Shown one piece after another: positions 59,496 through 64,000 of a stretch of 64,000 nt of DNA. Source of the stretch: Bacteroidia bacterium. Its GTDB lineage: Bacteria; Bacteroidota; Bacteroidia; NS11-12g; UBA9320. The notes below the pieces were generated by a model. It was not told the origin of the DNA. It was given only the letters and a program-made list of their open reading frames with translations, and ran no database searches. Each line of letters begins with the position of its first letter. The stretch's first letter is position 1. The stretch is from positions 1,184,001 through 1,248,000 of the forward strand of contig CBDCFW010000006.1 in NCBI GenBank assembly GCA_965216465.1, written 5' to 3'. A program made the position numbers and the translations under genes.

Positions 59496-59963
59496 ATGCA
59501 ATCCAAAAAAATCCCTTTTTACTTATTTGCCTTTGTTACCCTGGTGACAAGCATGCTATTAATTATATCTAGTTGCGGACCAGTTGAAGAAGAAGTTGTA
59601 CCAGAAACTACAGTTACAGGGTATGCTACTGATGAAATTAGTGCTGTTCACAAAGTTGGCGAAAGCCCTTGTCCTCAACGAGTTGGGTCGGTCGAAGTTT
59701 TTTGCTTCGAAGGAGAAGAATATTATGGTTGTGATGCCGATTCAGTAGCGGTAAAAAATAGCCATCTCGCCTTAAACATGAGTTTTCCAAACGGTCAGTC
59801 TTCAACCTCATTATCAAACGGTCAAGGATCGATATCGCTTACGGTGGATTTTAACTGCGGTCAAACCACATCATTTACGCACGACATAGAATTGTGCTTC
59901 TTTAAAGACGGTCAACAAGTTGCTACTGAAACAGCGCGAGTGACTATGACAATTGAAGAGTAA
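59496..59963 (+). CDS. Cys-rich hypothetical lipoprotein
   Basis: Lipobox ISSC; five further Cys; beta-rich. Confidence 0.7.
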   Translation: MQSKKIPFYLFAFVTLVTSMLLIISSCGPVEEEVVPETTVTGYATDEISAVHKVGESPCPQRVGSVEVFCFEGEEYYGCDADSVAVKNSHLALNMSFPNGQSSTSLSNGQGSISLTVDFNCGQTTSFTHDIELCFFKDGQQVATETARVTMTIEE

Positions 59964-60426
59964 GAGCTTTGGTCATGTGGTAGTTAATCAAAACTTGACC
60001 CTTAACATGGTTGAGGTTTTTGTGTATTGATTTAAATCCTTTGGCTTTAAAAAAGTCTTGAGCAGTTATACTCACATCTGAAGATAATTCTAATGTATTA
60101 TGCGTTCGAGCGAAGTCTTCTAACTCATTCAAAATTTTTGATGCAATACCCATGCCTTGGTGCATATGGCTTGAATAGAGGAAGTCGATGTAGTTAAAGT
60201 CTTTAATAGAACCAAATCCGACGAGTTTACTTTCAAGTATAGCTACGATTACAATCTGTTCTTCTATTAATTTTTCCCAACGGTCCTTCTTCTCCGAACT
60301 AGAGGCCCAAACATCAATTTGTTCTGGAGTGTAGTCCTCGCTACATGTATTTCTTATGGTTTCAACGAACAGTCTTTTTAGAGCGTTTAGGTCATTGAAT
60401 TCTGCCGTGCGAAGTTTAAGTTCCAT
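59944..60426 (-). CDS. GNAT acetyltransferase (YafP-like)
   Basis: DYTPEQIDVW, HQGMGIA, SITAQDFFKAKGF. Confidence 0.9.
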   Translation of the reverse strand: MELKLRTAEFNDLNALKRLFVETIRNTCSEDYTPEQIDVWASSSEKKDRWEKLIEEQIVIVAILESKLVGFGSIKDFNYIDFLYSSHMHQGMGIASKILNELEDFARTHNTLELSSDVSITAQDFFKAKGFKSIHKNLNHVKGQVLINYHMTKALTLQLS

Positions 60427-60546
60427 ATGAAATTTGTTGAGCTTAATTATTTTTAATTCTTTTCGACAAAACTACCTAATAGTTAAGTGAATTATGATAA
60501 AATTATGGGAATTGCATGAGGTCGTTATTCTATATTTGCACCCAAA

Positions 60547-60858
60547 ATGAAACGGTGGATGGCCATAGGTGCAATTTTGTTATTCTCCTTTGCGGGAATA
60601 CAGACGCTGTTTCATGGTGTAGAGTTTCATGAAGACGATTGTGAATCAACAGCAGAACATTATTGTGCTCCTGAATTTCACCATCACTGTGAACTCTGCG
60701 ACCTCTTTACGGGATTTGCCATAGTAAATGCCAAAGCGCAGTGGATTCCTTCAGATTTTATAGGAATTGTATTTGAGGATCTGCAACACCAAGAACCAAT
60801 TGCTTTATGGACTTATCCCCCTCAAGGAAGAGCTCCTCCGTTAAAACTGCATTCATAA
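60547..60858 (+). CDS. His/CxxC-rich small protein with RAPP motif (DUF2946/CruR-like uORF)
   Basis: N-terminal hydrophobic segment, HGVEFHEDDC..H.C...HHHCELC, C-terminal GRAPP; ATG 8 nt after TATATTTG. Confidence 0.8.
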   Translation: MKRWMAIGAILLFSFAGIQTLFHGVEFHEDDCESTAEHYCAPEFHHHCELCDLFTGFAIVNAKAQWIPSDFIGIVFEDLQHQEPIALWTYPPQGRAPPLKLHS

Positions 60859-60894
60859 TATCCCTAAGTTTTAACAAAAAATCAAATCAATTTA

Positions 60895-63156
60895 ATGAGA
60901 AAAATGATGACTATGCTCATGATTATGGGCGTAGCATGGAGTGCATCGTCACAAGTAAATGTTAGTGGCGTTGTGCTTGAAAAAGAGTTAGGAATTCCGA
61001 TAGCTTATGCTGTTGTGAAACTAGGAGATCGTACGGCACTTACCAACGATAATGGCCGCTTTATGTTCAAAAATTGCGAAGTAGGTGATCTGTACTTTAA
61101 GCTCTCCTATTTAAGTTCAATAGCCTCTTTTAAACACCATGTTTTTAGTGATACCAGCTTGATGTTCTATTTTCATGTAGACCACAATGAAATCACCCAA
61201 ATTGTGGTGCGAGGCCATGAGCACGATAGCAATGAGTTTGCAGGCATTAAGTACGAGATAAGCCGAGATAAGATAGAAATGCGCGCAGCTACCTTGCTTA
61301 GTGATGCCTTGTATGATGTTAATGGAATACGCTTCCTAAAAACAGGAAACTCAATTGCCAAACCTATTATAAATGGTATGCACAGCAATCGCGTAGCTAT
61401 AGTAAATTCAGACAGCAGACAAGAAGGTCAACAATGGGGGAGTGAACACGCCCCTGAAGTTGATCCATTCAGTGCGGGCTCTGTTGAAGTGATAAAAGGA
61501 GCATCAACGTTATTGTACGGCAGCGATGCAACCGGCGGTATTATAAAACTAACACCATTGCCTTTTGCTGATTCAACCTATCGTCAGTTTCAATTGCATA
61601 CTCGATTTGCATCTAACCCTTTAGGAGGTTTGTTTGGTGGACAATGGGAGAAATTTAACAGGCAAAAGCATTTGGGGCAACGTTTGTCAATCAATGTTCA
61701 GAAGAATAGTGATGCCTCCGCTCCAAATTATGTTTTAAGCAATACCGGTTTTGACCAGCTAAGTGGAAGTTATTACATAACCAAACATATGGCTTCACAT
61801 CAATTCTCATTAAATCTTACTTCGTTTCAACAACAGCTGGGTATTTTGGCCGGAGCCCATATTGGAAATCTCACTGATTTGAAAAGGGCTTTAGCAAGTG
61901 ACACACCTACCATAGTAAATCCACGAACTTTTGAAATAGGCTTGCCATTTCAAAAGATTAATCACCACGCGGCAAAGCTGATGTGGGAATCGGTAGAAAC
62001 AGCTATGGGAGATGTAACGATGAGTTTAACTCATCAAGTCAATCATCGTGAAGAGTTTGATCGACATGGAACGGAAGATAAAGCCGCTCTTGACCTATTG
62101 CTGAATACAACTCAAGTTAATGCTTTAGTTGATAAGCATTTTGAAGAATGGAGAATTGAATACGGAGCAATGGGAGAACGCCAAACCAATATTTACAAAG
62201 GGCGTTACTTTATTCCGAATTACCTACGTCATAAATACGGGGTGTTTTCTGTGGCAACATTGAAGAAGCATCGTTATTTGTTGGAAGCGGGATTGCGGTT
62301 CGACGATCATTGGAACAGTACGTATAGAAACAACCGAAATGAGGTAGTGAATGATAAATTTCGTTTTTATGGCATTTCATCAGGATTAAGTGCATGGTAT
62401 AGGGTTAACACTACATCTCGTATTCAAATGTCAATCTCTTCTAAGTTTCGAGCTCCTGACATTAATGAGTTGTTTAGTGATGGACTTCATCACGGTACGG
62501 CCAATATCGAAATAGGAGACCTGAGTCTTACAACAGAGCGTAGTAATTCGTTGATCGCTGCGTATGAATTTAAGCACGAACGAATAGCAATCAATGTTGA
62601 ACCTTACGTTCATTACTTCAAGAATTATATCAATCTAGAACCAACTGGAGAAACGCAGTTAACCATTCGTGGAGCATTTCCTGTGTTTCGATACATTCAA
62701 ACCGATGTTATGTACAGTGGTGCAGATGCACAAATTCAGTTTGTGGCCAACGATCATTGGAGCATACGCACTGGAGGTAATTTGGTGTACGTACGAGACT
62801 TAGATGAGGATCGATTCATTTATGGAATTCCTGCACCGCAATTGAACGGAGGTGTAACCTACCGATTTTTTGATTTTGCATCTTTTGAGCACGGGAGCTT
62901 TAAGCTCAGACCCGAATACGTTTTTCAACAGAACTGGGTAGACGCAACCAATGATTTTGCCCCTATACCACAAGCTTATTTCTTGCTAAATGCGGAGATG
63001 ACCTTGCAATTTAAGTCGAGCCCATTGCGTGTGCTTTTGGGTGTAGACAATCTATTAAACAATTCCTACAGAGACTATTTAAACCGATACCGATACTTCG
63101 CCGATGAGCGAGGAATTCAGTTTAACATTACAATTAATTACAAAATAAGAAAATGA
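60895..63156 (+). CDS. TonB-dependent receptor, likely for a transition metal
   Basis: CarboxypepD-like N-domain, plug (KPIING, QQWGSEHAPE, EVIKG..LLYG), ELFSDGLHHG, YLNRYRYF. Confidence 0.92.
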   Translation: MRKMMTMLMIMGVAWSASSQVNVSGVVLEKELGIPIAYAVVKLGDRTALTNDNGRFMFKNCEVGDLYFKLSYLSSIASFKHHVFSDTSLMFYFHVDHNEITQIVVRGHEHDSNEFAGIKYEISRDKIEMRAATLLSDALYDVNGIRFLKTGNSIAKPIINGMHSNRVAIVNSDSRQEGQQWGSEHAPEVDPFSAGSVEVIKGASTLLYGSDATGGIIKLTPLPFADSTYRQFQLHTRFASNPLGGLFGGQWEKFNRQKHLGQRLSINVQKNSDASAPNYVLSNTGFDQLSGSYYITKHMASHQFSLNLTSFQQQLGILAGAHIGNLTDLKRALASDTPTIVNPRTFEIGLPFQKINHHAAKLMWESVETAMGDVTMSLTHQVNHREEFDRHGTEDKAALDLLLNTTQVNALVDKHFEEWRIEYGAMGERQTNIYKGRYFIPNYLRHKYGVFSVATLKKHRYLLEAGLRFDDHWNSTYRNNRNEVVNDKFRFYGISSGLSAWYRVNTTSRIQMSISSKFRAPDINELFSDGLHHGTANIEIGDLSLTTERSNSLIAAYEFKHERIAINVEPYVHYFKNYINLEPTGETQLTIRGAFPVFRYIQTDVMYSGADAQIQFVANDHWSIRTGGNLVYVRDLDEDRFIYGIPAPQLNGGVTYRFFDFASFEHGSFKLRPEYVFQQNWVDATNDFAPIPQAYFLLNAEMTLQFKSSPLRVLLGVDNLLNNSYRDYLNRYRYFADERGIQFNITINYKIRK

Positions 63157-63704
63157 ACAAATCACAATTTATAAAGGCTTTAGGCCTAGTAGCAGTTTTA
63201 AGTTTAACCTTTACCGCTTGTAAAGAAGAAGTTGAAGATCCGCATGATCACAATGAAGAAGAATTAATAACTTCGGTTGAGCTGAGCTTTACAGAAGACA
63301 GCACAACTAACACCGTTGAATTTAAGTTTGCTGACCCAGATGGAGATGGAGGAAATGCTCCTACTCAACACGATACGATTCAATTGAAGGCGAACACAAC
63401 GTATAACCTTTCACTGAAGTTTTTAAATGAATCTGACCATGTTCATGACATTACAGGAGAAGTTGAAGAGGAAGCAGATGAGCATTTAGTGTGTTTTGAT
63501 GTTACTGGATCTACAACTGTTACCATAAATGACATGGATGGAAACAACCTTCCTTTAGGACTTGAGTCAACCGTTACAACTGGAGACTCGGAATCAGGAA
63601 GTTTTACTGTATCGCTTAAGCACCAGCCTGATGTTAAAAACGGAAGCTGTGACGTTGGTGAAACAGACGTTGAAGTTGCCTTCGTATTGCAGGTGGTTGA
63701 CTAA
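63153..63704 (+). CDS. His-rich lipoprotein partner of the TonB-dependent receptor
   Basis: Lipobox FTAC; HDHNEEELIT, DPDGDGG, EEEADEH, LKHQP, GETDV. Confidence 0.82.
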   Translation: MNKSQFIKALGLVAVLSLTFTACKEEVEDPHDHNEEELITSVELSFTEDSTTNTVEFKFADPDGDGGNAPTQHDTIQLKANTTYNLSLKFLNESDHVHDITGEVEEEADEHLVCFDVTGSTTVTINDMDGNNLPLGLESTVTTGDSESGSFTVSLKHQPDVKNGSCDVGETDVEVAFVLQVVD

Positions 63705-63786
63705 CAAAACATTAACTTTTTAGAATTGCTGTTATTGAGGTTCGATTTTAGGTAATTGTGGTATATTAGCAGTCAACCTAATTACC

Positions 63787-64000
63787 ATGTCGAACCCCAA
63801 TAACGCCGATTCGCTTAGGAAAGAATTAGAGGAACTTGCTCGATTTCCTGAAATGAATCCGGGGCCGGTTCTTCGCCTCGATAGACAAGCCAATGTTATT
63901 TTGGCTAATTCTGCTGCCCGCAAAATTTTTAATCACGAATCACTCATTGGAAAAAGTTGGTTAGACCTTTGTCCAGGACTAAACCAAGAAGAGTGGAATG
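63787..64000 (+). CDS. PAS-domain signalling protein (partial, runs off the right edge)
   Basis: Not in the ORF track. Reads MSNPNNADSLRKELEELARFPEMNPGPVLRLDRQANVILANSAARKIF...; NP.PV.R.D....AN.AA is PAS-like. Confidence 0.75.
   Translation, partial: MSNPNNADSLRKELEELARFPEMNPGPVLRLDRQANVILANSAARKIFNHESLIGKSWLDLCPGLNQEEWN

Noticed and set aside
1153-63923. Many short ORFs antisense to or overlapping real genes (e.g. 1153-1350, 20638-21021, 34481-34798, 63732-63923)
   Set aside because: These are shadow frames of well-supported genes, with no motifs or independent expression signals.
1-64000. CRISPR arrays, tRNA/rRNA genes, IS elements, prophage or defence genes
   Set aside because: I saw no regularly spaced repeats, RNA-gene signatures, transposase, integrase or phage proteins.

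Overview
64 kb of AT-rich, densely coding chromosome from a free-living Bacteroidota bacterium. The evidence is T9SS type A and B cargo, a PorP/SprF barrel, TAnnTTTG -7 promoter boxes and no obvious Shine-Dalgarno sequences. The left half is mostly housekeeping (hflX, frr, menI-menF, aat, bcp, ssb, rmuC, fbaB-accD-gcvH-vanZ-tonB, galE) mixed with secreted proteins (M23 peptidase, TPR protein plus T9SS metallophosphoesterase, PKD proteins) and an ECF sigma with a beta-barrel anti-sigma. The right half is a series of small regulatory modules: tandem persulfide dioxygenase-rhodanese paralogs with Crp/Fnr, a porin plus FMN-binding protein, an HTH-less sigma54 activator, membrane LytTR, TetR, Crp-YiaA, EF-G2, an AraC regulon, and a His/CxxC/RAPP uORF ahead of a TonB-dependent receptor. 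I saw no rRNA, tRNA, CRISPR array, transposase or integrase. The strongest leads are: the RAPP arrest-peptide metal-uptake locus; a candidate sRNA at about 33.5 kb; the AraC regulon with identically spaced tandem sites at three promoters; the envelope-spanning anti-sigma; the sigma54 activator without a DNA-binding domain; EF-G2 with a P-loop K-to-M change; a TetR gene bracketed by two operator copies; and the TPR/phosphatase pair. Homopolymer frameshifts in the first 1.8 kb are probably sequencing errors. All family assignments come from motif recognition by eye, not from database searches.
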